IMG/VR virus record: IMGVR_UViG_3300031521_001337 | Location: 124,001 to 188,000 of that record | Direction: 5' to 3' (one strand) | Length of the DNA stretch: 64,000 nucleotides | Shown here: positions 1 through 9,400 of the stretch, piece after piece | How the letters are laid out: every line of letters begins with the position of its first letter | Numbering within the stretch: the stretch's first letter is position 1 | Program-made: the position numbers and the translations under genes | Notes under the pieces: model-generated | Told to the model about the DNA's origin: nothing | Database searches by the model: none | The model's input: the letters and a program-made list of their open reading frames with translations, nothing else

Positions 1-629
1 ATGTATTTGATGGTGAATTATATCATCATGGAACACATTTACAAACTATATCAGGTGTTGCTCGACTTAAAACTTGGGAAGATCGTTGTGATATGTTAGA
101 ATTTTGGATTTATGATTTAGCTATTCCTGATATGATATTTACGGATAGACTTTCAATTTTAGAAGAATTTGCATTTGAATGTGAAAAACCTGAATTTGAT
201 AAAATTAAAGTAATTGAACATGTTTTAAGTTCTAGTTGGGATGATATTCAACGATTACATGATCGTTGGGTACTTGAAGGATTTGAAGGATTAGTTGCGC
301 GTAAGCCTGATAAAATGTATGAATTTGGTAAACGTGGTTCAACTATGATTAAAGTTAAACAATATAAAGATGATGAATTTTTAATTGTTGATTATCAAGA
401 TGGATTGAGACCAGAAGACTTCTGTTTTATTTGTGAAACTAAAGATGGTAAACCGTTTGCTGCGAAGCCAATTGGTGATAGAGAGTTGAAAGCTTGGTAT
501 TTAGAAAATATTAATGATATTATTGGACATAAAGGTAAAGTTAAATACTTTAACTATTCTATTGATGGAATTCCTATCCAAACTATATTTCAAGCTGTTA
601 GATATGATGAGGATATTGATAAAAAATAA
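1..629 (+). CDS. ATP-dependent DNA ligase, C-terminal part (starts before the window)
   Basis: Frame is open from base 3: FDGELY (motif III), FWIYDL (IIIa), FEGLVAR (IV), MIKVK (V), then an OB-fold-like tail. Confidence 0.9.
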   Translation, partial: VFDGELYHHGTHLQTISGVARLKTWEDRCDMLEFWIYDLAIPDMIFTDRLSILEEFAFECEKPEFDKIKVIEHVLSSSWDDIQRLHDRWVLEGFEGLVARKPDKMYEFGKRGSTMIKVKQYKDDEFLIVDYQDGLRPEDFCFICETKDGKPFAAKPIGDRELKAWYLENINDIIGHKGKVKYFNYSIDGIPIQTIFQAVRYDEDIDKK

Positions 630-632
630 ACG

Positions 633-887
633 ATGCGAAAACTAATTAAATTCGGAGCCGATTGGTGTGTTCCATGTAAAACTGTCGATAAAATTCTTAT
701 CGAATTGAGAAAAGAAACTGATATTGTTATTGAACACATCGACATTGATGAAGACGATAATAATCTAGTAGGATATTACAATGTACGTAATATTCCAACA
801 ATCATCTATTTTGTAGATGATCAACAAGTGGGTAAAACTGTAGGTTCAGTATCTAAAGAAAAGATACTAGAATCTTTTAATGTTTAA
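633..887 (+). CDS. Thioredoxin
   Basis: F-x-A-D-W-C-V-P-C active site and the NIPT cis-Pro motif; 84 aa. Confidence 0.9.
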   Translation: MRKLIKFGADWCVPCKTVDKILIELRKETDIVIEHIDIDEDDNNLVGYYNVRNIPTIIYFVDDQQVGKTVGSVSKEKILESFNV

Positions 888-898
888 AAAATAAAATT

Positions 899-1135
899 AT
901 GTATGCATTATATAAAGTAGAAGTGTGGATTAAAGCTGATTTAGAATCAAGAACTCCATTAGCTGAAATACTGCAACAAGCTGAAAATATTCCATCTGGT
1001 CAAGTTAACTTTATCGAAGATGAAAATTACAAAACAGCAACAGAGAAATTCATCACCCCAGTAGAGGGTGGTGAAGCTACTCTAAAAATATTCTCTGATA
1101 AAGGAGAAGAGTTATACACAAATGAAAAACGATAA
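899..1135 (+). CDS. Hypothetical protein
   Basis: 78-aa ORF in a tightly packed operon with an A-rich leader. Confidence 0.7.
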   Translation: MYALYKVEVWIKADLESRTPLAEILQQAENIPSGQVNFIEDENYKTATEKFITPVEGGEATLKIFSDKGEELYTNEKR

Positions 1136-1403
1136 AAGTAATTTAAAAAATAAAATATTATCCGATTTTAAAAAATTTATAAAAAATTCATCTTTTCATA
1201 AAATGAATTTTAATAATAAAATGGTTAATAAGAAAGTATCTGAATATATATATTTATATTTTAGTGATATAATTATAAAAAATGATTATGTATTAATTTG
1301 GAGTGATAATACATCACTACTTTCTGCAAAATCATTAGGAATTAAAGGATATTCGAATAAATATAAAAATTTTACTTATAGAGTAATAAATAAAATCAAT
1401 TAA
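1122..1403 (+). CDS. Hypothetical basic protein
   Basis: 93-aa, very AT-rich ORF that fills the operon gap. Confidence 0.55.
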   Translation: MKNDKSNLKNKILSDFKKFIKNSSFHKMNFNNKMVNKKVSEYIYLYFSDIIIKNDYVLIWSDNTSLLSAKSLGIKGYSNKYKNFTYRVINKIN

Positions 1404-1404
1404 A

Positions 1405-1551
1405 ATGGCTACAACAGTAAAACAATGTAACTGCACAGGACCTGCTGCAGAATTTCAAGACAAAACTTATGGTAAAGGAATGCGTTTGCATAACGAAAAA
1501 CTTGTAGGTAAAGGTGCTAAATGCACTGTGTGTGGAACAATTAAAAAATAG
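1405..1551 (+). CDS. Small putative Zn-binding protein (48 aa, not in ORF track)
   Basis: MATTVKQCNCTGPAAEFQDKTYGKGMRLHNEKLVGKGAKCTVCGTIKK*; CxC ... CxxC; fills the gap between flanking genes exactly. Confidence 0.75.
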   Translation: MATTVKQCNCTGPAAEFQDKTYGKGMRLHNEKLVGKGAKCTVCGTIKK

Positions 1552-1553
1552 TA

Positions 1554-2210
1554 ATGATAGTTGATAATTTTGAACAAATTAAACAACTTTTAACTTTCAA
1601 ATCTGAGGATGAGTTTTATCATCTTCAGATTCTGAAAAGAAAGAAAGATTGTCCAGAGCATGAACGAGCTCGTAATAACAATGCTCGTTGTGTTAAGACC
1701 TACTATATAAAAAATATTGAGTATTTAGAGTCGAAGAAATCCGAAATTATTGGATTGTGTGAAATGTTTAATGCTCGTGCATACATAAATCTTAATACCA
1801 AAAGCTTTGAGAAAGCGGCTTTACAATTAACTAAAGAAACAGTTAATCGAATTATATTCAAACAATATGAGCATGTATATCGTGCTTATGAAACTGTAGT
1901 AGGTGCTAAAGAATCTAATGTTGGTGATAAACGATGGATTATTGATGTTGATGAAAAAAATATGGAACTTGTATCTAAAACAATTTATGAAATTACTAAA
2001 TGTCAATCTAATCGACCTAAAATAGGTGAAAGTACAAGTGGAATTCCAGTATATCAAAATACAATTGCTTTAATTCCAACTGTAAATGGATATCATATTA
2101 TAACACACCCGTTTAATCTTAAACAGATTGAACCTTTTAAAGCGTTACATCCTTTTGATATTCAAAAGAATAATCCAACGCTTTTATATTTTAATAAAAA
2201 AGAAGAATAA
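1554..2210 (+). CDS. Conserved phage protein, putative AEP (primase-polymerase) superfamily fold
   Basis: WIIDVD (hhhDxD) and PTVNGYHII (TxxGxH) resemble AEP motifs I and II. Confidence 0.5.
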   Translation: MIVDNFEQIKQLLTFKSEDEFYHLQILKRKKDCPEHERARNNNARCVKTYYIKNIEYLESKKSEIIGLCEMFNARAYINLNTKSFEKAALQLTKETVNRIIFKQYEHVYRAYETVVGAKESNVGDKRWIIDVDEKNMELVSKTIYEITKCQSNRPKIGESTSGIPVYQNTIALIPTVNGYHIITHPFNLKQIEPFKALHPFDIQKNNPTLLYFNKKEE

Positions 2211-2926
2211 TGAAAAAAATAATAATTGGAGATATCCATGGAAGAACTAACTGGAAACAGATAGTTGAGAAAGAAAAGGATGCTGATGAGTTTATCTTCA
2301 TGGGAGATTATTTTGATCCTTATGATTGGACTATATCACTTGTTGATATGGTTCGTAATTTTAACGATATTCTTGAATTTAAAATAGCCAATCCAACTAA
2401 AGTAATAATGCTTATAGGAAATCATGATTTAGCTGCATTTGAAAGTTTTGCTAATAAATGTAGATATGTTGATGGAACTTATGAAAATATGGCTCCAGTT
2501 CTTTATAATGCAATTAAGACAGGAGTTATTAAATTATGTCACTTTATTGATGATAATATAGTATGTTCTCATGCAGGATTTACTAAAACTTGGCTAGATG
2601 AATCTGAACTTTCTTTTGATGAAGATGGTTTAAATGAGGATTTTAGAAAACATGTTGAAGATAAAACGTGTCTTGATAAATATGATTTTATTTGTAAAGA
2701 ATTTTGTCAAGACGGTTCTGGTGATGATTTATGGCAGGGACCTTTATGGGTTCGTCCTGTAAGTTTATTACAAGATATGATTGATGGTTATATCCAAGTA
2801 GTAGGACACACTAGAATTAGAAAGAATTCACCACAAGAAGTTGAAAATCTGTTATTAGCAGATTGTTTAGAACACGATGAATATTACAGTTATGAAAATA
2901 ATAAATTTAAATACAATAAGATATGA
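2210..2926 (+). CDS. Calcineurin-like metallophosphoesterase
   Basis: GDIHG, GDYFD, GNHD, HAG and GHT motifs. Ends in TGA (ATGA overlap) with an in-frame TAG three codons later. Confidence 0.9.
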   Translation: MKKIIIGDIHGRTNWKQIVEKEKDADEFIFMGDYFDPYDWTISLVDMVRNFNDILEFKIANPTKVIMLIGNHDLAAFESFANKCRYVDGTYENMAPVLYNAIKTGVIKLCHFIDDNIVCSHAGFTKTWLDESELSFDEDGLNEDFRKHVEDKTCLDKYDFICKEFCQDGSGDDLWQGPLWVRPVSLLQDMIDGYIQVVGHTRIRKNSPQEVENLLLADCLEHDEYYSYENNKFKYNKI

Positions 2927-3249
2927 AAGAAATAGTAGATAATTATTTAGCACTTAAAAGTGCAGCAACTAAGCATATGATGAAATATGTTATGGATAAA
3001 AGTATTCCATTAAGTGAAAGGTGGTATGAATTCGTAAGATCTGGTTTAGGTGAAGATGATTACTACTACTTTGATTCACATTTTGTGGATGTATCCGTTT
3101 ATTATAACGATGCTGATAAATACAGCGTTAGCAGTGTTGAAGATTTAGTTACAAGATTAGCTAATCAAGGTATTGATGAAACTATCATAGATAATGTAAA
3201 AGAAGAAATGCTAAATGCATTTAAAAAATCATATACATACAATTGGTAA
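2923..3249 (+). CDS. Hypothetical protein
   Basis: 108-aa ORF, translationally coupled at both ends. Confidence 0.7.
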   Translation: MKEIVDNYLALKSAATKHMMKYVMDKSIPLSERWYEFVRSGLGEDDYYYFDSHFVDVSVYYNDADKYSVSSVEDLVTRLANQGIDETIIDNVKEEMLNAFKKSYTYNW

Positions 3250-3500
3250 TGCAAGAACAAGAACAAGAATTTGCAGAGAACTTAGACGATAAGTTCTCTG
3301 AAGAATTAATCCAGGCGAAAGAAGATCAAATGTTATTTAACGAGATCATGCAATCCGGATTATTATACTCTAGAGCTGGAAGAGATGCACTAGGTGTAAG
3401 ACTACAACCTCAAAGACGTGAGTCCTCAAAGGTTCGTAGAAATGAGAAATGTCCATGTAATAGTGGATTGAAGTACAAAAAATGTTGCGGCTTAAATTAG
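3243..3500 (+). CDS. SEC-C motif protein
   Basis: C-terminal RNEKCPCNSGLKYKKCCG matches the SEC-C metal-binding motif. Confidence 0.85.
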   Translation: MVMQEQEQEFAENLDDKFSEELIQAKEDQMLFNEIMQSGLLYSRAGRDALGVRLQPQRRESSKVRRNEKCPCNSGLKYKKCCGLN

Positions 3501-3506
3501 AATATT

Positions 3507-4016
3507 ATGGCAAATTTATGCAGTAACATAATTAACGTAACATATTTTGATGAAACTGAGGAATTAAAATTAAAGACATCAAGATTATTACACGAAGAAT
3601 TACAAGAAAATTTTAGTAGTTTATATCCAGAATACTGTAATGCAGAAGATTGTGAAGATGAATACGAAATTGAATGTTATTTTGAAGTTGGTAGTAAATG
3701 GGTAGCTCCTTTACAATTCTTTCATCATTTATGTAACAAATATAATGTAGACATTATAGGAGTTGCATACGAATTTGGTGGAGGTTATGTAGAATCATTT
3801 GAATTACATAATCAATTAGTAGAAGTAGAAGAACATGGTCAACATGTAATAACTTTTGTAGACGTTGATGAAGATGCAGAGATTGAAACTATTGAAGTTT
3901 TACCTAATGCTCAAGATGATGAGATTTTAGACAAAGAATGTCCTAAAATTATAGAAGATGATGATTTTGAATTAAATTGTAAAACAATTTTAGGTGATGG
4001 TGAAACATACTATTAA
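3507..4016 (+). CDS. Acidic hypothetical protein, possibly YubB/DUF1281-like ferredoxin fold
   Basis: MANLCSN N-terminus and SKWVAP resemble the MPNWCxN / TAWxPP pattern of that family. Confidence 0.4.
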   Translation: MANLCSNIINVTYFDETEELKLKTSRLLHEELQENFSSLYPEYCNAEDCEDEYEIECYFEVGSKWVAPLQFFHHLCNKYNVDIIGVAYEFGGGYVESFELHNQLVEVEEHGQHVITFVDVDEDAEIETIEVLPNAQDDEILDKECPKIIEDDDFELNCKTILGDGETYY

Positions 4017-5127
4017 TGCAAAGATAGTAGCTGATTCTATTAACTCACAAGGCAATAGAATCACTACTTTCGTGTTAACTTACCCGAGAATTATTCATGC
4101 TGAGATGATGACTCACAGAGTATTCTCAAGGAATGCAGCTTCTAGTAGAGCTATTCCTTTTAATAAAATGGTTAAATCTGTAGAAGATGATCCATTTATT
4201 CCAATTGCTTGGCAAAAGGATCATAAAGGAATGCAGGGAACTAAATATATTGTTGATCCTATTGAAATTAAAAATTGTATTAAACAATGGTTATTTGCAA
4301 GAGATGAAGCAGTAAATCATAGTGAAAATTTACATGGAGATTATTACATATATGATGGAACAGATATACCTCTTCAAATGGGAGTAACTAAACAACTTTG
4401 TAATCGTTTACTTGAACCTTATCAATGGTATACTTGTTTAGTAACTACTACTGAACTTGAAAACTTTTATAAGTTAAGATGTCCTCAGTATTATAATATT
4501 ACTACAGGAACATATTTTAAATCTAGAAAAGATTGGATTAAATTTTATTTAGAAAATGGTGGAGTTAATACTAATTTAAGTATATATAATACAGAATATT
4601 GGCAATCTATTAATTATTCACAAGCAGAAATACATATCCAAGCATTAGCTGAAGCTATGTGGGATGTCCAGAACGAATCTAAGCCTAGTTTATTGGAAGC
4701 AGGTGAATGGCATATTCCTTTTGGTGATAAAATATTTTCAGAAGATAAAATTGAAGATTTTCTTAGAACTCAAGATGTTCAATGGGTTACAGCAGAAGGT
4801 CATGATGCAGAATTAGAAAAAATTGCATTAAAAATAGCAACTGCTCGTGCAGCTCGTCTATCTTATATGACATTTGATGGAGAAATTGATTATAACAAAG
4901 ATATTCAACTTCATGATATGTTACTTAATAGTAAACATATGTCACCATTTGAACATTGTGCTCGTGTAATGACTGAGGAAGAATATCATTTATTTATTAG
5001 AGGTAAAACTAAAGAAGATGAATCCGATAATCCTAAATCAATCTATGGTTGGTGTAATAATTTTAAAGGATTTATTCAATATCGTTATTTATTAGAACAT
5101 GGAACAGGAACAAGCGAAACGTTATAA
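3994..5127 (+). CDS. thyX: Flavin-dependent thymidylate synthase (ThyX/Thy1, phage long form)
   Basis: THRVFSRNAASSRAIP fits the (R/T)HRx7S signature; also KQLCNRLLEP, AARLSY and HMSPFEH. Confidence 0.85.
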   Translation: MMVKHTINAKIVADSINSQGNRITTFVLTYPRIIHAEMMTHRVFSRNAASSRAIPFNKMVKSVEDDPFIPIAWQKDHKGMQGTKYIVDPIEIKNCIKQWLFARDEAVNHSENLHGDYYIYDGTDIPLQMGVTKQLCNRLLEPYQWYTCLVTTTELENFYKLRCPQYYNITTGTYFKSRKDWIKFYLENGGVNTNLSIYNTEYWQSINYSQAEIHIQALAEAMWDVQNESKPSLLEAGEWHIPFGDKIFSEDKIEDFLRTQDVQWVTAEGHDAELEKIALKIATARAARLSYMTFDGEIDYNKDIQLHDMLLNSKHMSPFEHCARVMTEEEYHLFIRGKTKEDESDNPKSIYGWCNNFKGFIQYRYLLEHGTGTSETL

Positions 5128-5404
5128 TGAAGGAAAACCTCAATGGTCATTAGTTCATTATAAAAGTTTAGAACCAATGGTTAGAGTTTTAGAATTTGGA
5201 TGTGAAAAATATGATAGGGATAACTGGAAAAAAGGTATGCCTACTAATAAAATTTTAGAATCTATGCAACGACACTTAGCTGCTTTGATGGATGGTGAAC
5301 AATTTGATTCTGAGACAGGAATATCTCATATGGGTCACATTCAATGTAACGCAATGTTTTATAATTATCATACAAAGAATGGCGAAATCGAAAGCAAAAT
5401 TTAA
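5099..5404 (+). CDS. dATP/dGTP diphosphohydrolase-like protein (DUF5664 type)
   Basis: RYNEGKPQWSL...VLEFGCEKYDRDNWKKG...RHL...DSETGISHMGH..CNAMF pattern. Confidence 0.8.
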   Translation: MEQEQAKRYNEGKPQWSLVHYKSLEPMVRVLEFGCEKYDRDNWKKGMPTNKILESMQRHLAALMDGEQFDSETGISHMGHIQCNAMFYNYHTKNGEIESKI

Positions 5405-5573
5405 ATTAAATGGTGGGAATCCTGTATTATTGTGCTCTAAATGTAGTACGATTATAAAGTATTCTCATCATTTTACAGAAGATGAAACTAAAGCTGCAAG
5501 TGGGGAAATTAAAATACCTGCGCAGTTTTGTGATAAATGTGAGGAGAAAATGAAAATCTATGGAGATGAATAG
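5379..5573 (+). CDS. Small Zn-ribbon protein (start revised from 5292 to 5379)
   Basis: MAKSKAKFKLNGGNPVLLCSKC...FCDKC; two CxxC pairs. The longer start overlaps the upstream gene by more than 100 nt. Confidence 0.65.
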   Translation: MAKSKAKFKLNGGNPVLLCSKCSTIIKYSHHFTEDETKAASGEIKIPAQFCDKCEEKMKIYGDE

Positions 5574-5595
5574 TGTTGTTGAAAAGTAAATTATT

Positions 5596-5643
5596 AAATA
5601 GGGGAACTCATGGCGAAAGCTGTGGGTTCCCCTATTTTTTTTT
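5596..5643 (+). terminator. Rho-independent terminator ending the early/replication operon
   Basis: AAATAGGGGAACTCATGGC-GAAA-GCTGTGGGTTCCCCTATTT stem-loop followed by a T-run. Confidence 0.9.
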
Positions 5644-5645
5644 AA

Positions 5646-5683
5646 TTTATGATATTTATTCCAAAAATTATTATTACTTTTGT
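5646..5683 (+). promoter_or_regulatory. Bacteroidota-type promoter (-7 box TACTTTTG at 5675-5682) with upstream TTTAT
   Basis: Matches TAnnTTTG, 25 nt upstream of the 5708 ATG; same layout as the sites at 39227-39263 and 56611-56647. Confidence 0.7.
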
Positions 5684-5707
5684 GAGTTAAACTAAAACAC
5701 TTTTATT

Positions 5708-6415
5708 ATGCCTAATGAATTAAACCAATTTGCAACATTCAAACCTATAGAAATAGCTAATGACTCTCGAGCACAAGAAGCTAGACAATATTATCAAGAT
5801 AATGGACTTGTTCCAGACAATCCTTTTATGACTAAATTTTTAGATCAAGCTACTACTACACAATCAATTCCTAATATCTCTACACCTAGTAAAGATACCG
5901 ATATAGCTGCGTTATTAGTTAATAAATTAACTAAAGTTCCAATGTCTACTCCTGAAAAAGCATTAAATGATATTAATGTTAATGCTTCTGTTTTTACACC
6001 AAAAGTATCTGTTTCTCAAAAAGCTAAAGAAGCAATTAAATTCTTTATGGGTAAAGGTTATACTAAAGAAGTAGCTTCTGGTATTACTGGTAATCTATAT
6101 GCAGAATCAGGTTTAAATCATATGCGACCTCAAAATAATGGCGGTCCAGGATTTGGTTTAGCTCAATGAGAAGGACCAAGACAAGCGGATTTTAAACGCA
6201 TTATGGGTAAAGATGTACATTCATCTACAGCACAAGATCAATTAGAGTTTATTAATTGAGAATTAAATAATACACAAAAGCATGCAAAAGCAGCTATATT
6301 ACAAGCTAAATCTCCAGCAGAAGCAGCTTATGCATTTGCTAATAAATATGAACGTATGAAGAAATATAATAAAGAACGTGAATCTTACGCTAATACTTTT
6401 TACACAACTAAATAA
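5708..6415 (+). CDS. Phage tail-lysozyme-like peptidoglycan hydrolase (235 aa with TGA=Trp)
   Basis: ASGITGNLYAESGL...GFGLAQ[TGA]EGPR...QLEFIN[TGA]EL...AAYAFANKYER; the first TGA is the W of the family GLAQW motif. Ends TAA at 6413-6415. Confidence 0.85.
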
Positions 6416-6421
6416 AACAAG

Positions 6422-6459
6422 AAAATCCCCTAGCCTTAACGGTTAGGGGATTTTTTTTT
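6422..6459. terminator. Bidirectional terminator between convergent genes
   Basis: AAAATCCCCTAGCC-TTAAC-GGTTAGGGGATTTT with A- and T-runs on either side. Confidence 0.88.
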
Positions 6460-9400
6460 ACTTTCTATCAACAGTTGGTAAGATTTCCATCATATTTCAA
6501 TTACCTCTTAAAAACGTAACTAAATCAGATTTACCTGCAAGTACACTCTTAAAATCGGTCATAGTATTAGTCATAATTGAAGCAAAAGCTGGTTCTCAAC
6601 TTAATGCTCCAAATACACCACCAAATGGATCAAACTCCCCAAAACTCTTCATACCTACTTTAGTAGCTAGTTGTTCGTATTGAGACATTTCTTTCATTGG
6701 TTTCATACCATCTTCTCCTTTAGACATTAATATATGTCCTAATCAAATCATCATCATAGCGATTAATAAATCATGTAACGCAACTTTAGCATTAGCTAAT
6801 CTTTGAGGATCAGTATTCTTTAAATCACCAGTAGCAAGAGCTCTAATAGTTAAACCTAATGAATACATTAAACCTTCACTAGGAGAACCAATTCAAGCAT
6901 TAGCAGGAATAATAGGATCTTTAGAACCTAATTGATCTTTAGTTACTTCTTGCATTTCATAATTACCTTGTTCATCAATTACAGGTTTACCATTTTCATC
7001 AGTAGTCATTTTTTGATAATATAGAATTTTATTTCCATTATCATCAATTGTAAACTTTTGACCCATATAACCTCTAGGAGATTTTTGATCAGGTTTACCA
7101 AAATAATATTTAACTTTAGATGGTCAGAATGTTAAGAATTGTCCAAAAATAATACCCATTGCAGTATGTTTAATCAAAGGTGACATATCTTGATCATAAA
7201 ATCCATAAGCCATATCAGAAAAATTCTTAATACTACCACGTTCTTTAGATGTGTATGCTGATGGAATATTATCTTTTTCAGTTAAAAGTTTTTCACCAAA
7301 CGAAGAATTCTCACCATTAAACTCGTCAATTATAGTTAAATACAAACTACGTTGTTTATTGTATAATTCATCAGATGCATTATATTGATATCCATTAGCT
7401 TCGCGATTTTTAAAATAATGAGCATATCTTTTATCTTTAGAAGGATCATATTGTAGTTGTCCTTCTGAATTTAAACTATGTGCATCATAACAACCATCAT
7501 GAATCATTTTTGCAAATAATAAGGATAGTCGATTTACATAATCTGGTGCAGTATTGAATCAATACATATTTTCACCCAAGAAGTTAAATCCGAATTTATC
7601 AACTTTCTTTCTATCAACAATGTGATTTAAATCTTGATTAGCAAAACGCATTTCTAAGTTGATAGCTTCATTTAAGGCATATGTTTCTTTATTAGGATCT
7701 AATACTAATTTATAAGCTTTTGCAAGATGATCTCCATTAAAACTATCATCTCCATAAATTTTACTTCATGCATAAGATGTATTCTTAACTGTTCCAACAA
7801 GTAACTCTTTAATTAATAATGCAGGTCTTAATGAAATTGCCATTAAACTCGATATTTTTTGTACCTTTTTAATAACAGCTAATGCTTCTGCACCTTCTTT
7901 ATCAGCTACTAACGATTGACCATATACAGCAGTTTTCATTTGATTAAAGAAATCTTCAAGAGCTTCTGTAAGTTCTTTAGTCTTTCCTGAACTTCATCCG
8001 TGAAACTTCATTACTGTTAATGCAGAATGTATATTAGGAAGTACTGTATTAAAGTGTTTTTCTCTAATATTTTCAAAAGCATATTTTAAACCAATAACAT
8101 CTAAGTTTACTTCAAAAGCATTTACTCCATATTTTTCAATTAAACTTAATCTATAATTGTCATTAGTATTTTTAAATTGATTATACATACGTTTAAATCC
8201 ATTAACTGATTCATAAGATTCAACACGTTGTTCTTCTGTAATATCTCTAGGATCTAATAAACCTTTAGTATCATCTCAGAATTTACCAACAGTTTTTCTA
8301 AAACCATCTGTAGTAATTGATTTTCATTTACTTAAACTCATTTTCTTAACAAGTGGAGCTTTAAATAAATCAGATCCAATAGATGTTCATTCACTAAAGT
8401 TTTCGTGCTTTTTAAATTCTTCTAATGTTTCAATATTGTATTTATTTATAGGACTATATTTAAACATATTGAATACTACTGTTTCTAAATAAGCTCTTTG
8501 AGGATTATCAAGATTAGATTTAAGATCTCATGGATTTTTAAATCTAAAATCATTATCAATAACACCATTATGTTGTTCAAAGAAAACTTTGTGATATTGA
8601 TCAGCATCTCCAATAATTATTTTTTGAAGAGTAGAACGACCTATTGCTTCATAGTATTTATTAGTTGCACTTACAATTGAAGCAGATTCTTTATTAAATT
8701 CAGAAGCAATTTTGTTATGTGCAATGGTAATCATACCGTGTAAACGAGTCATAGCTTGTGATTGTAGAGCATCGGCAGTATTGAAATGTTGACCTTGAAA
8801 TAAACCTACAATCTTATTACCATTCTTATCATATTCTGGAGATGTTCCCATAACCATAGTTCTAATTCAATCAGTAGCATCACCAATTCTAATTCCATAT
8901 CTAGGAGTTGCATAATCAAATGTATCATTTAAATTAGTGTAATATGATACACCTAATGATACAAGATAGTATATATAATTCAAAGGGTCTGAGAAATCTT
9001 GAATTTCAGTTTGGTCTTTATTTTGAAGACTGTTTCCATATTTATCAAGAAGTTCATTTCTAAACTTTAAAAACCATTGTAATTTATCATTAGCTGTAGA
9101 CATTTCTTCATCATCTTGACGATATGAAGCAATTGTTGTTTTTAACGCAGAATTATCAATATTACCAGCTTTAGATAAAATTTCACCTCATATGGTTTTC
9201 ATCATATCAGATGCTTTTAAATTTCCTGTTTTAAAATTGTTTTTAAAATCAGATTTAACTTTTACAATTTCATCACCTAATAAATTAAAATTATGAATAG
9301 CTTTATCAATTGGAATAAAATCCGCTTTATCACTGAATCAGTTATATACAGATACATTATTAATTGTTGAACCTTTTAAGTTATCAGTTAAAGCATTTAA

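Noticed and set aside
5292-5378. Longer start for the 5573-ending ORF as given in the track
   Set aside because: It overlaps the DUF5664 gene extensively; ATG 5379 gives a compact Zn-ribbon protein.
5574-5707. Suppressor tRNA or other structured ncRNA in intergenic gaps
   Set aside because: This gap is explained by a terminator and a promoter, and other gaps are short or AT-rich with no cloverleaf or TTCGA arm seen.
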